Below, in pieces: positions 23,749 to 33,388 of a DNA stretch of 39,969 nucleotides (the first letter of the stretch is position 1; every line of letters begins with the position of its first letter). The stretch spans positions 1,202-41,170 of the forward strand of contig JBHLKM010000024.1 in assembly GCA_048886685.1 (NCBI GenBank), read 5' to 3'. The notes under the pieces were generated by a model. It saw only the letters and a program-made list of their open reading frames with translations. It ran no database searches and was not told the DNA's origin. The stretch comes from Candidatus Hodarchaeota archaeon. GTDB lineage: Archaea > Asgardarchaeota > Lokiarchaeia > Sigyniarchaeales > SOKP01. Made by a program: the position numbers and the translations under genes.

Positions 23749-26352
23749 TTAGATTTTAAGATCTGAGTCTCTTTTTTTTAGTTTCTTTTCTGAATAAAAA
23801 ATGACTCCTCCAGGAATCGTGATAAATAAAATAGATAGTACAATCGCATTATTGATCTCATCTTCATATACTTTTTTAGGATATACCGTGGTAAAAGAGA
23901 TACTGAGCTCTGCCAATACAGACTTACCATTGAGGGCATACAGTATACCACTGACACTTGGATAATTATTCGGATGCTGTGGAATCTGGAGATTAATTGA
24001 AAATTTATTGTTTTCTATTCGTTCAAATTCATAATATCCTAACTGATCACTCTCAAAGGCAAATGAGATATTATAATCAAAATAAGAAAGAATCAAGTTG
24101 GAAAGAGAAGCCTCAATTCTGACATGATTTCCCAACATAACTTCCTCTTGATACTGGGCAATAATATTATAGTTATGTAAGGATGCCATTTCACAGATCC
24201 ACAGGAAAATTTCTTGGTTAACTTCTTTTCTCTTAGAGGTAAGATAAAACTCATTTAATTCAGAAGAAAAAATATCTCCTACTAATTGTTGTATTGCCTT
24301 GATCTCAAAATCGATATTAACATCCAATAATTCAGCTAACTTAAAACTGTAATAGATGTTTTTGAAATTGCTGTAATTTAGGTTTTGTTCGATAAAGTTT
24401 CTAACTTTTTGGACATTCAGATCACACATATCAATCGCTTTTAGCACATATGCCATATAATAGGTATTTTGTAAAATAGTTTCATACTCCTCTGTATAGT
24501 GAGGTTTAAAGTACAGCAACTCTGAAGTTTCTACACTATGAGTGCTGATATATGATCGTAATGCAGTTATATTCAGATCTAAAAAAGTTAGGTCCCCAAT
24601 ATCCAATTGTTCAACAAGCAGTTCAAGGGCTTTAATTGCATAATATGTATATTCAAAATAAATATTTTCACTTAGAAACTCACTTCCTAACCCATCATAA
24701 GGTAGTATATATGAAAAAGCACCATACTCTTCTGGATATGAGCTATTTAGAAATTGGGTGCTAAGAATGTCATTTAACAGTTTATTTAGATTATGATGTT
24801 GCGCAAAATCGTCTAATTTGAACATGGTTTTTAAGGAATTTAATGCATAGAAGGTAGATTTATGAGAAATAAGATATTCAATTTCTTTAAAACAGATTTT
24901 TTTCCCTCCTGTATAAAACTCAATAGGATATGATCTAAAATCCTTTATCGAATTTCCATACAATACTGTATTTGAAAACGCATAGAATCCATGTCGAAAT
25001 AGCGTATGATAATATGTTTGACTTATCTTCAGATATAATCCTTGTAAATCTAATTCTGGAAGTCTTCCATACAAATCAAATGAACTAATTATTGTGTTAA
25101 GAAGATTTAGGGTGGTATAATCTATAGCTATGAGAGAAAAACCTGAATCTCTAAAAAAGTATTCGAGAATAGAAGTTGTTATTTGATTAGTATCGATAAA
25201 AGTTAATCTTGATAAAAGATTGCAATCCTTTATTACTCTTATAATTTGAAACGTATCAATTAACTCATGATATCGGAACTCAGTAGAACCATCCCAAATA
25301 CCAAGGTTATTCCGGTTATTAAAAACAAAGTTAGCAATTTTACTCTGGTTAAACAAATCAAAATTCATAATGCGACAAAGGTCTAATCCAAGGGCCGTGG
25401 TCACAATATTTGCATCTAAGGATTCCCCAAAAACCATATAATGAAAATAATTTTCATCCGTAACATATAATTGCTCTAAGAATGTGTTTAGACTTTCATT
25501 ATTAATAGTTCCAACCATTCCAAATACCTCTAGACTTTTTATACAATAATAGGTAGAAAACATATTGATATCTGTATACAGCTTCAAGGAGCTAAAGCTA
25601 ATCTCATTATCATTCATGAAACCTCCAAATTCGGGATTAACCGTTTCAGCAACTTGTAACGAATTAATATACAGAATTAACTCATTGCGTTCTTGAGAAT
25701 ATCCAGTCCAATCATCCATTAATACATCTAAAGTCTTAATTGCATAATACGTATTATCCATCGTAGAGATTTTCGCAAAATATTCTAAGGAAGGATGATA
25801 CGGTTGGCCGATAAATCCAGATGTGTGGGGATTATAACAGCTCTTTATAAAGTCAATTGAAGCATCTTTATCAATTAAATCAAGAGCATTTAATAGACCC
25901 AATGAAAGGATCGCATAACAATTTACTTCAAGCATGGAAGTGAGGGGATAATAATGAGCATCGTGGGAAAAATCGGTATCGAGATACCTGTATGCGTATT
26001 CATCTATAAATAAATGAGTGTTAGAGTTGTAGTAGCCCATGATGTAATCTATTACTTGTGTTTCATTCACCTGATCCCGCTTTCCTATAGCATCTAAAGT
26101 ATAGATTCCATGGTATGTTGCTTGCAAAGATGCCTGATATCTCTGGGGAAAAAAACCATAGGTAGCATAATCGCTAATTTTTTCATCAAACATGGAATTA
26201 ATATTGTTATAATTTGTCATTGAAGCAATTTCCACAGCACTGGAAGAATAAATAAAGGGAATATTCTTTTCATGCTGCCTTCCTGACAGGTCATACACTC
26301 CTAAAAGTATAGAAAATCCAAATATCATCATTATAGCTAATTTTTTATGCAT
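23749..26352 (-). CDS. Secreted, C-terminally anchored prenyltransferase/squalene-oxidase-repeat (alpha/alpha toroid) protein
   Basis: Repeated TYYAIxxL helices with GGF/GAF-like turns, an N-terminal signal, a C-terminal TM with basic tail, and many NxS/T sequons. ATG 26352 preferred over TTG 26394. Confidence 0.7.
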   Translation of the reverse strand: MHKKLAIMMIFGFSILLGVYDLSGRQHEKNIPFIYSSSAVEIASMTNYNNINSMFDEKISDYATYGFFPQRYQASLQATYHGIYTLDAIGKRDQVNETQVIDYIMGYYNSNTHLFIDEYAYRYLDTDFSHDAHYYPLTSMLEVNCYAILSLGLLNALDLIDKDASIDFIKSCYNPHTSGFIGQPYHPSLEYFAKISTMDNTYYAIKTLDVLMDDWTGYSQERNELILYINSLQVAETVNPEFGGFMNDNEISFSSLKLYTDINMFSTYYCIKSLEVFGMVGTINNESLNTFLEQLYVTDENYFHYMVFGESLDANIVTTALGLDLCRIMNFDLFNQSKIANFVFNNRNNLGIWDGSTEFRYHELIDTFQIIRVIKDCNLLSRLTFIDTNQITTSILEYFFRDSGFSLIAIDYTTLNLLNTIISSFDLYGRLPELDLQGLYLKISQTYYHTLFRHGFYAFSNTVLYGNSIKDFRSYPIEFYTGGKKICFKEIEYLISHKSTFYALNSLKTMFKLDDFAQHHNLNKLLNDILSTQFLNSSYPEEYGAFSYILPYDGLGSEFLSENIYFEYTYYAIKALELLVEQLDIGDLTFLDLNITALRSYISTHSVETSELLYFKPHYTEEYETILQNTYYMAYVLKAIDMCDLNVQKVRNFIEQNLNYSNFKNIYYSFKLAELLDVNIDFEIKAIQQLVGDIFSSELNEFYLTSKRKEVNQEIFLWICEMASLHNYNIIAQYQEEVMLGNHVRIEASLSNLILSYFDYNISFAFESDQLGYYEFERIENNKFSINLQIPQHPNNYPSVSGILYALNGKSVLAELSISFTTVYPKKVYEDEINNAIVLSILFITIPGGVIFYSEKKLKKRDSDLKI

Positions 26353-26470
26353 AAAACTCACGTTTAATTGTTGCCTTCTATCAAATCCTACCAAGCATAT
26401 TTAAAGAAAAAAAGAAAAAAAAAGAGAAAAAATTCACAGCCATATAATAAGGTCACACTTAAGATCATAA

Positions 26471-27703
26471 TCAAGTTGTAACAGGGGGTCCTTTTGAGGG
26501 AAAGAATTCCTCAAGAGCTAACTTAAACCACACTCCACTCGCTTTAGAACTTTTCTTAGATTTAACCTTGCTGGCAAAATGATTATACACTTCAAGATAA
26601 ATGTAGGTGATCGCTCCATTTTGATCAAAACTCTCAAAAAGATAATGATCATTGGACGGATTAAACACTTGAAGTGCATCTCCTAATTGGACCTGAATAA
26701 TGTCATTTTCCTCTTTTACATCTTCCTCTTTAACTAACCCTATCTCAGGTTCCTCATCTTCTATCAAGCCGATTTTTACAAGAAACTTCTCTAATAAATC
26801 GGCAGAGCGGACTAACGTTGAGAATCCCGGAATCCGATATCGATCAAAAATCCTTTTCTTAACCTGAAGCTGGATGGTGCTCATCCTAATGTCGAGTAAT
26901 TCACAAATTGAACTTATTCTCACTTCTTCTTTATACTCACAGAGGGTCGTAATAGACGCACACAATCCTGCTATAACATTATCTGTGGTGTTTTTAATAC
27001 CTTCCCAGAGACGATATAAAACCTTTTTTGAGAGAAAATAAAATGGCATCTCAAGTTCAAAATGGTTGGTGATCTCCAATAATTTCTGGGATATATATTT
27101 TTGCCGATTCCTTACCATATAATTAGGATAGTATGCTCGAACTTCTCTATAGAAATTGTTAAATTCCTTTTTCGTTAATTCCGTATGTTTAAATATATCT
27201 GCATTTGTTACCGAAATGGTATCAAGTTTGAATCGGAAATATAAGATTATTGCAACAAGCTTCTCTACATTCCTATATTTTGATCCTGATTGTAATCTCC
27301 CATATGTTTCTTTAAAATTTACCAACGCCATTTCTTTAAGGGAGCCATAATCTGCCAAATCTAAACTACTAAGGATTCTTGAAATCTCTCTACGTGCTTT
27401 AGCATAAACTATCTTTTCATTATCATTTATCTTGTTATACTTATTCAATCGTTTTAAGCTTCTTGAATGAGGGGAGATTAACCGTTCCCTTTTATTTCCT
27501 ATTTGTGTACTTCCTAATCTTCGTGCATATTGTAGCACATCTGCTTTATATGGTTGATCATATTGAAGTTTCCTTAGTGTTTGAACAATCCCACATGCTC
27601 TACACACATATCCTTCGACAGTCTCGGCAATATCATCGGAACCACACAAATCACATTCGAGATTCGTATAATCTAATTTTATTGAGGTTTTGTATATCGT
27701 CAT
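26471..27703 (-). CDS. tfb: Divergent transcription initiation factor IIB (TFB) paralogue
   Basis: Zn ribbon CDLCGSDDI...YVCRACGIV, GSTQIG and LKRLNKYN linker segments, two cyclin-like repeats and an extra C-terminal domain. The GPEWRAF B-reader is absent. Confidence 0.75.
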   Translation of the reverse strand: MTIYKTSIKLDYTNLECDLCGSDDIAETVEGYVCRACGIVQTLRKLQYDQPYKADVLQYARRLGSTQIGNKRERLISPHSRSLKRLNKYNKINDNEKIVYAKARREISRILSSLDLADYGSLKEMALVNFKETYGRLQSGSKYRNVEKLVAIILYFRFKLDTISVTNADIFKHTELTKKEFNNFYREVRAYYPNYMVRNRQKYISQKLLEITNHFELEMPFYFLSKKVLYRLWEGIKNTTDNVIAGLCASITTLCEYKEEVRISSICELLDIRMSTIQLQVKKRIFDRYRIPGFSTLVRSADLLEKFLVKIGLIEDEEPEIGLVKEEDVKEENDIIQVQLGDALQVFNPSNDHYLFESFDQNGAITYIYLEVYNHFASKVKSKKSSKASGVWFKLALEEFFPSKGPPVTT

Positions 27704-28051
27704 TTTTTTTGATCACTATTTTTTTATTTTCACTAAGAAATTTTTGTGACGGAGTTTGTTTTTTAAAGCTTACGGTTGGGATCGAAATTGGTGAGGAGAG
27801 TGCGTCTATCCCTCGATCATAAATTGACAAAAAGTATAAAAACCCCACTTTTTTCATTTTAACTCGCAGTGACATTTTTGTGCATATAAAATCCATCATG
27901 AAGAACAAATCTCTATCAAGGAGTAGTGCTGTTTTAGTCCTAAGTTCGCCCTCACACAAGAATCACACTATGTGGCAGAAGAGCTACACTTTGCAGATCA
28001 TGAAGAAAAATGATGAAGTTCCAAATTTTATTATAAAATATGCTTCCAAAA

Positions 28052-28066
28052 TTTTTTCTTTAAATA
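28052..28066 (+). promoter_or_regulatory. T6C-TATA promoter of the peptidase-radB operon
   Basis: TTTTTTCTTTAAATA, with the C 30 nt upstream of ATG 28088. Confidence 0.6.
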
Positions 28067-28087
28067 TGAGTAATTTCAAAGCATTTC

Positions 28088-28861
28088 ATGTTTGGATCTG
28101 TGTTACTTATGGTGCTTGCGATTTTCCCGTTTGTCTATGCCATTGGGTATGTAACTGAAAGATATTTGTTGTCAACTGATTTGGGAACCATTGGAAATAC
28201 CATAATAAACCTTCTATTTTTTGTAGGAGTCATCGTTCATGAACTTTCGCATCGTCTGATGAATCTTTTAGTTGGTGTTCCATCTCATAACTTAAGAGTG
28301 AAGTATCGAGATGATAATTCGTCAAAAGTAAATCCTCACGGTTCAGTAACTCCAGTAAAACCCCATCAGATGACATTCTTACAGGGATTTTTAACCAGTT
28401 TTGCTCCATTAATTTTTGGGGTGTGGATAATTTATTTTCTATTGAAGGTGACCTTTAATCCAATTTTTGATCCCATTATCCGCATTATTTCTGGGATTTG
28501 TATTGTGTCGATTTTTATAACTTTATCTCCCTCAAGAGGAGATCTTTCTTTTCTCAAATTTTCATATCAAAACGATCCTCAACATAGTCAATATCAGATT
28601 TTTCTCGTTATCCTCTCTTTTTTAATTTCTTGGGCGGTGGCTGGAAGGTTTAATATTATCCTTCCCTATGAATTTTTTTATTATTTCATTATTATTTTTT
28701 TTTACATTGTCTTAAAATACTCGTTAATCTCCATGCGTATTGTTATCAATAAGATTCGACACCGTAAAGGAAGAATTCCTTCGAAAGTGAAAAGAAGGCT
28801 AATAAGAAGACGCTTCAAACCTGAGATGTTGGAACGATATTATACAGATAATGAGGAATAA
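28088..28861 (+). CDS. Membrane zinc metallopeptidase (M50-like/zincin)
   Basis: GVIVHELSH (HExxH) within a TM segment, downstream FAPL and SPSRGD motifs, and multiple TM helices. Confidence 0.75.
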   Translation: MFGSVLLMVLAIFPFVYAIGYVTERYLLSTDLGTIGNTIINLLFFVGVIVHELSHRLMNLLVGVPSHNLRVKYRDDNSSKVNPHGSVTPVKPHQMTFLQGFLTSFAPLIFGVWIIYFLLKVTFNPIFDPIIRIISGICIVSIFITLSPSRGDLSFLKFSYQNDPQHSQYQIFLVILSFLISWAVAGRFNIILPYEFFYYFIIIFFYIVLKYSLISMRIVINKIRHRKGRIPSKVKRRLIRRRFKPEMLERYYTDNEE

Positions 28862-28879
28862 TTTGAGGGTGTAGAATAA

Positions 28880-29212
28880 GTGAAAGGATTCTGTTATTTA
28901 GTGTTGATTATTGGATTTTTCATGTTTTTCCAACAAAACCCGGTATATGCGGTTATTTTCATTAGCATCTTTATTGTAGGGTATCTATACATCAAATCAA
29001 AACGTTCAGGATCGAGTAGAGGAGTATTTAGTTTTATGAAAGGCAATCCAGAGCAACAGAATAGTAATTTTGATGATATAATAACTCTCATGATGCTCCA
29101 ACAACTGTTTAATACTACTCCTGAAAGGCAAAGGGATACCCCTAAAGAGAAAAATAATGAAGAACAAATAGAACAGACCAAACAGGAAGTTCTAGAGTTA
29201 TTAGATGAGTGA
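28880..29212 (+). CDS. Small membrane protein with two N-terminal TM helices
   Basis: Hydrophobic hairpin followed by a soluble tail. Tightly spaced between the peptidase and the radB-like gene. Confidence 0.65.
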   Translation: MKGFCYLVLIIGFFMFFQQNPVYAVIFISIFIVGYLYIKSKRSGSSRGVFSFMKGNPEQQNSNFDDIITLMMLQQLFNTTPERQRDTPKEKNNEEQIEQTKQEVLELLDE

Positions 29213-29215
29213 TTT

Positions 29216-29908
29216 ATGCTAGACACAGTTCTGAGAGGTTTTGAAGAAATCTTTCAACATCATTTAGTAATATCGATTTCAGGTGAATCTGGATCTGGAA
29301 AGACTTCTTTAGCTCTTTTTTTGGTCGGCCAATCGTTATCAAATGGGGACAGTTGTTTCTGGATTCAAGTAAGTGAACCATTTCCTAAGAACAGATTAAT
29401 TTCGATGTATCAGCATAACAAGGAGAAATTTAAGTTTTTACTTAATAACATTTATATTGCTCCAAATAAGGTTATTCCTTCATATTCAGAGCAGTATAAT
29501 TTATTTGAAAATATTACAAGTGAAAATTTTCTGTTTCCCCCTGATTTAAGGTTTATTGTAATCGATAATATCTCACACCACCTACGTTATGAAATTTCCA
29601 AGATTGACGATATTAAAAAGAGAACCTTTATTTTAGATGATTTCTATGATAACATAATATCCCCCTTAATATTACGGTGCCAAAGGGAGGATATAACTTT
29701 AATTCTAATTCATGAGGTTTCATTTCACGCTAAATTGCAGAAGACTGTCCCATTTTTTCACTCTTTATATAATAGAATTAAAGGTGTGAACATTTTTCTA
29801 AGAAAGTCTTTAAATTCTAAAAGAAGACTAATGGAAATTGAGATGGGGAATAAAGCAACATCTCTACATTTTCGGTTAGATAATCAAGGATTTATTTTTT
29901 CTACTTAA
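29216..29908 (+). CDS. RadB-like RecA-superfamily ATPase (core domain only)
   Basis: Walker A GESGSGKT, Walker B FIVIDNI and LILIHEV. No N-terminal HhH domain. Confidence 0.75.
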   Translation: MLDTVLRGFEEIFQHHLVISISGESGSGKTSLALFLVGQSLSNGDSCFWIQVSEPFPKNRLISMYQHNKEKFKFLLNNIYIAPNKVIPSYSEQYNLFENITSENFLFPPDLRFIVIDNISHHLRYEISKIDDIKKRTFILDDFYDNIISPLILRCQREDITLILIHEVSFHAKLQKTVPFFHSLYNRIKGVNIFLRKSLNSKRRLMEIEMGNKATSLHFRLDNQGFIFST

Positions 29909-30158
29909 AAAAATAGCATACTTTACATCAAAATTTAATGATTTAATAATTTACACACTCTCCTGTACCTCTTTGAAGTAATGTAATATTACTATATTTC
30001 TTATTTTTATTTATGAGATCTCATCAATATTATTGGTTATGTTAGAAAAGAGTTATGAACCTAGGCTCCCTCTGTTTGGAGTTTGAATATATTCCTATCC
30101 CCTGCTTTAACCCGACTCCTCCTAAATTTTTGGGTTTATTCCTCTTTTTTAATCCTCA

Positions 30159-30173
30159 TTTTTTCTTTATATA
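30159..30173 (+). promoter_or_regulatory. T6C-TATA promoter of radA
   Basis: TTTTTTCTTTATATA, followed by a leader with a GGTGA SD before ATG 30228. Confidence 0.55.
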
Positions 30174-30227
30174 GACCGGTCATATTTAGCATTTAATTAC
30201 CAGAAAAATGGGTGATGTAAAAAAGAT

Positions 30228-31460
30228 ATGGCAGATTTAAGTCAGATAAAAGGAATCAACGCACGACAGATTAAACTACTTCAGGATAACGATATCAGTA
30301 CTGCAGAAGCCCTAGCCATGAGTCCCTGTTCCACTGTATCAGAAATTGATGGATTAGGAGACAAAACTGCGAAAAAATTGATCTGGAACGCACGGAATGC
30401 ATTAGGAATGACAAATTTTATACAGGCAAAAGATATAGATGAGAACGTGGAGTTTATAACCACGGGATCTTCAGAGCTTAATAAAATTTTAGGCGGTGGC
30501 TTCCAAACAGGAAAATTAACAGAAATATATGGCCCTTTCAAGTCGGGAAAGACAGCATTAGCTCACACAATTTCGGTTGCAAGTCAACTTCCTATAAATA
30601 AAGGCGGACTCAATACTTCTGTGGCGTATATTGATACTGAAAACACTTTTTCAAAGGAGAAAATCAAAAGGATTGCCAAACGCTTCGGATTAAATCCCAA
30701 TGAAACCCTTTCTCGGATATATCACGCTCGGATTTACTCTTCAGATCACCAGTCTCAAATGATCCAGAAAGCAGAAATGCTTTGTAAAACCCGTGGAGTG
30801 CGGCTGATTATCATTGACAGTTTGATGGCCTTATTAAGAGCAGAATATGTAGGTATCGGTCAATTAGCACCAAGACAGGCTCTCTTGAACACTATCATTC
30901 ATACTCTATCAAGAATAGCCGAAACATATAATTGCGCCGTGTTACTTACCAATCAAGTCTCAGTTAAAATGATGGGTATGTTTTCGTCCGATGACGCAAT
31001 TGGTGGTAATATTGTAGCCCATGGATGCCACTTCCGAGTTATGTTTAAGACAAAAGGATTTTCATCGAACAACTCCCTGAAACGGAGGGCAGTCATTGTG
31101 GATGCTCCCGACCTTCCCCCAGAAGAGTGCGAGTTTTACATTACATCAGTAGGGATTGCTGACACCGATAAAGTAGAAATTCCCAAATCACTAGGATTAG
31201 ATTTTGAAATCGAGATACTCTATGAGGAAAAGGAAGAGACCCCATCTGACAATACAGAATCATCTTCAACACAGGTTCCTTTGATTTCAGTTAAAGGTAT
31301 TGGGAAGGGTACAGTAGAAGGTTTGCAAGCGTTAGGGATATCTTCGATTGATGAGTTAATCGCTGCGGATCCAGATGAGCTTTCCGCGAAATTAAGTGGG
31401 GCCTCATCTTCGAGAGTTCTTGAATGGCAAAAAAACGCGAAAGGATTATTAAAAACCTAA
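30228..31460 (+). CDS. radA: RadA/Rad51-family recombinase with an extra C-terminal HhH domain
   Basis: N-terminal HhH domain, FIQA (FxxA), ITTGS...LGGG, GPFKSGKT, YIDTENTF, LIIIDSL, TNQV and GGNIVAH. An acidic linker leads to a KGIG HhH domain at the C-terminus. Confidence 0.92.
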   Translation: MADLSQIKGINARQIKLLQDNDISTAEALAMSPCSTVSEIDGLGDKTAKKLIWNARNALGMTNFIQAKDIDENVEFITTGSSELNKILGGGFQTGKLTEIYGPFKSGKTALAHTISVASQLPINKGGLNTSVAYIDTENTFSKEKIKRIAKRFGLNPNETLSRIYHARIYSSDHQSQMIQKAEMLCKTRGVRLIIIDSLMALLRAEYVGIGQLAPRQALLNTIIHTLSRIAETYNCAVLLTNQVSVKMMGMFSSDDAIGGNIVAHGCHFRVMFKTKGFSSNNSLKRRAVIVDAPDLPPEECEFYITSVGIADTDKVEIPKSLGLDFEIEILYEEKEETPSDNTESSSTQVPLISVKGIGKGTVEGLQALGISSIDELIAADPDELSAKLSGASSSRVLEWQKNAKGLLKT

Positions 31461-31523
31461 ATTAATTTTTTTTTCGATTTTTAACAGAATAAAAAAAAAA
31501 GTTTGAATAAATTTTCAGATAGT

Positions 31524-31853
31524 TTACCTATTTTCAGGGGCTTCCATTCCTACTATGGGCATGGCCTCAGTTATGTCCATGAAAGTCTCTATTTCATATC
31601 TATATCCCTCGATTTCTACAGAGGTCTCTTGTGCACTCCGAACTTGTCGGGTTAACGCTTCTCCATATTTTCCTTTTACTATATCGCCAATTCCTATGAT
31701 TTTAATACCGTCCTTGGTTGGTCTCACTCCTATTACTAGTGTTTTAGATATTGATGCATCTGGGGGATATTTTTGTAACATTTCAATATAATTTTTCGCT
31801 AACGCGCTTGCTTTATCAGGTGGGCAATATATAGTTACCATCATTAATACCAT
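31524..31853 (-). CDS. Small alpha/beta protein, paralogue of 20118-20441
   Basis: Similarity to 20118-20441. AGGTGA SD before ATG 31853. Confidence 0.75.
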   Translation of the reverse strand: MVLMMVTIYCPPDKASALAKNYIEMLQKYPPDASISKTLVIGVRPTKDGIKIIGIGDIVKGKYGEALTRQVRSAQETSVEIEGYRYEIETFMDITEAMPIVGMEAPENR

Positions 31854-31965
31854 TTTTTTCACCTTCTATTAATTTTTACATCTGATTTAGATGCGAGTAT
31901 TAGTTTGTTTTTATTACATTTAAGTTTTTACAAATTAGTCAAATTAAAAATTCAAGATTTAATTC

Positions 31966-32991
31966 TCATTTATGGCGATCGTTTCTTTCTTTAAAATTCA
32001 CGAAATTTCGTTTATGGCTCCGTACGATGAGAATAATTACACCTACAATTATTATCCCTCCGACAATGAGAATTCCAGCTGTCCATTCTTTTGGGATTGA
32101 AAATCGATTCGTCTCGAGGGTGGTATTGGTTGGTGGATCTTGGTCTGTCTGATTGGGATCTATCACATGACTTATTTTGTGATGCTCTATTATCGCATAT
32201 GCTATATTCGAATAGTACACTTCATTGTATATGGTTATTGATATCATATATATCCCTTCTGTTGCCATTCCAAACATAAATGTATCTACTTCATTAATGG
32301 GAGAAAGACTATCATTAAGATAAATCTTATATTCTAAATTGTTAGGATCATAAATAAAATAATCAAGATTATGCTCATTGTCTTCCTTAAATGAAATTGC
32401 TGACACTCTCCCCACGTAGAATTTATACAAATAATCCGTCCTGAGTGTAACATTATGGGAAATGCTCATCCCGTTCGAAAACCGCGTTACCTTATACAAT
32501 TCCATATCCTCAATCTCTTCCAACGGAATTATATCATAAAGACATTTGGGCCCTCGTTCAATCCTGATATACAAATTCAAATTTTCCGATGCAATAACGG
32601 AAAACTCAATCGTATAATTGCCTTCTAAGGCAGTCCCAAATGGGATTTCATAATATCGCCCTAAATCAGGGTCATAGAAAAGATCATTTTCAAAGATATC
32701 AAATTGCATTCCCTCAGGATCCCATAAAGTAATTGTTAAAGTACAATTATGAGGGGTTACGATCTCTACCCAGAGATAATATTTGTAATGCTTTTGTAAA
32801 GGTACACCTTCAAATGTAAGTGTATCGGATGGAGCTAAGAACGCATATACTTTATCTGGTAATATTAGATCACTTGTGGATAGATTATCTCTATCCGTAA
32901 GATTATCTGCATTATTAAAAATGCCAAAAGAACATAAAAAAAAGGTGAAAATAAGGAATAATAATACTTTTCTTACTATTTTAATAGCCAC
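31966..32991 (-). CDS. Membrane-anchored surface protein with two repeated beta-rich domains
   Basis: Signal peptide, internal repeat (WDPEGMQFDIF...FGTALEGNYTI vs YDPNNLEYKIY...FGMATEGIYMI), C-terminal TM and many sequons. Confidence 0.75.
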   Translation of the reverse strand: MAIKIVRKVLLFLIFTFFLCSFGIFNNADNLTDRDNLSTSDLILPDKVYAFLAPSDTLTFEGVPLQKHYKYYLWVEIVTPHNCTLTITLWDPEGMQFDIFENDLFYDPDLGRYYEIPFGTALEGNYTIEFSVIASENLNLYIRIERGPKCLYDIIPLEEIEDMELYKVTRFSNGMSISHNVTLRTDYLYKFYVGRVSAISFKEDNEHNLDYFIYDPNNLEYKIYLNDSLSPINEVDTFMFGMATEGIYMISITIYNEVYYSNIAYAIIEHHKISHVIDPNQTDQDPPTNTTLETNRFSIPKEWTAGILIVGGIIIVGVIILIVRSHKRNFVNFKERNDRHK

Positions 32992-33298
32992 ACACCTCTA
33001 ATTCCTTAAATTCGTTGACAAGTTCCTCAATTGCTTTACATTTATCAAAAGCAATACAGCTAAAACACGGTTGATCAGTCCAAAAATACGCTTTTTGCTG
33101 GTCTTTTTCTACGATTAGTATCGGAAGCCTGCTTCGTGGACAAGTTATTGCCGAATTTGAAATTGCTCCTCGTTTTGGCAACGAATAGGACATCCCGCAA
33201 ATCCCACACTTCACAAACCGTCTGTAATTGTTGGTTTTAAACATTATAAGCTCGCAATCACAGTTGGGACAGACACCAATCTCTTTTATCTCTTTCAT
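32981..33298 (-). CDS. Stand-alone topoisomerase-IA-type C-terminal zinc-ribbon protein
   Basis: IGVCPNCDCELIMFKTNNYRRFVKCGICGMSYSLPKRG...TCP...PCFSC. ATG 33298 fits the promoter spacing (32 nt). Confidence 0.7.
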   Translation of the reverse strand: MKEIKEIGVCPNCDCELIMFKTNNYRRFVKCGICGMSYSLPKRGAISNSAITCPRSRLPILIVEKDQQKAYFWTDQPCFSCIAFDKCKAIEELVNEFKELEVCGY

Positions 33299-33321
33299 AG
33301 TGAATTCTAACATAGCCACAA

Positions 33322-33364
33322 TATTTAAAGGAAAAAGTTGCGATTCGAAATTTTTCTTTAAATA
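33322..33364. promoter_or_regulatory. Back-to-back divergent T5C-TATA promoters
   Basis: TTTTTCCTTTAAATA on the minus strand (33322-33336) and TTTTTCTTTAAATA on the plus strand (33351-33364), 32 and 33 nt from their ATGs. Confidence 0.65.
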
Positions 33365-33388
33365 AGTTTATCACTATTCCATTACATC

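Noticed and set aside
27156-28158. Short ORFs 27156-27350, 27463-27822, 27651-27959 and 27880-28158
   Set aside because: They overlap tfb or the peptidase, or cover promoter DNA, and show no motifs. Likely spurious.
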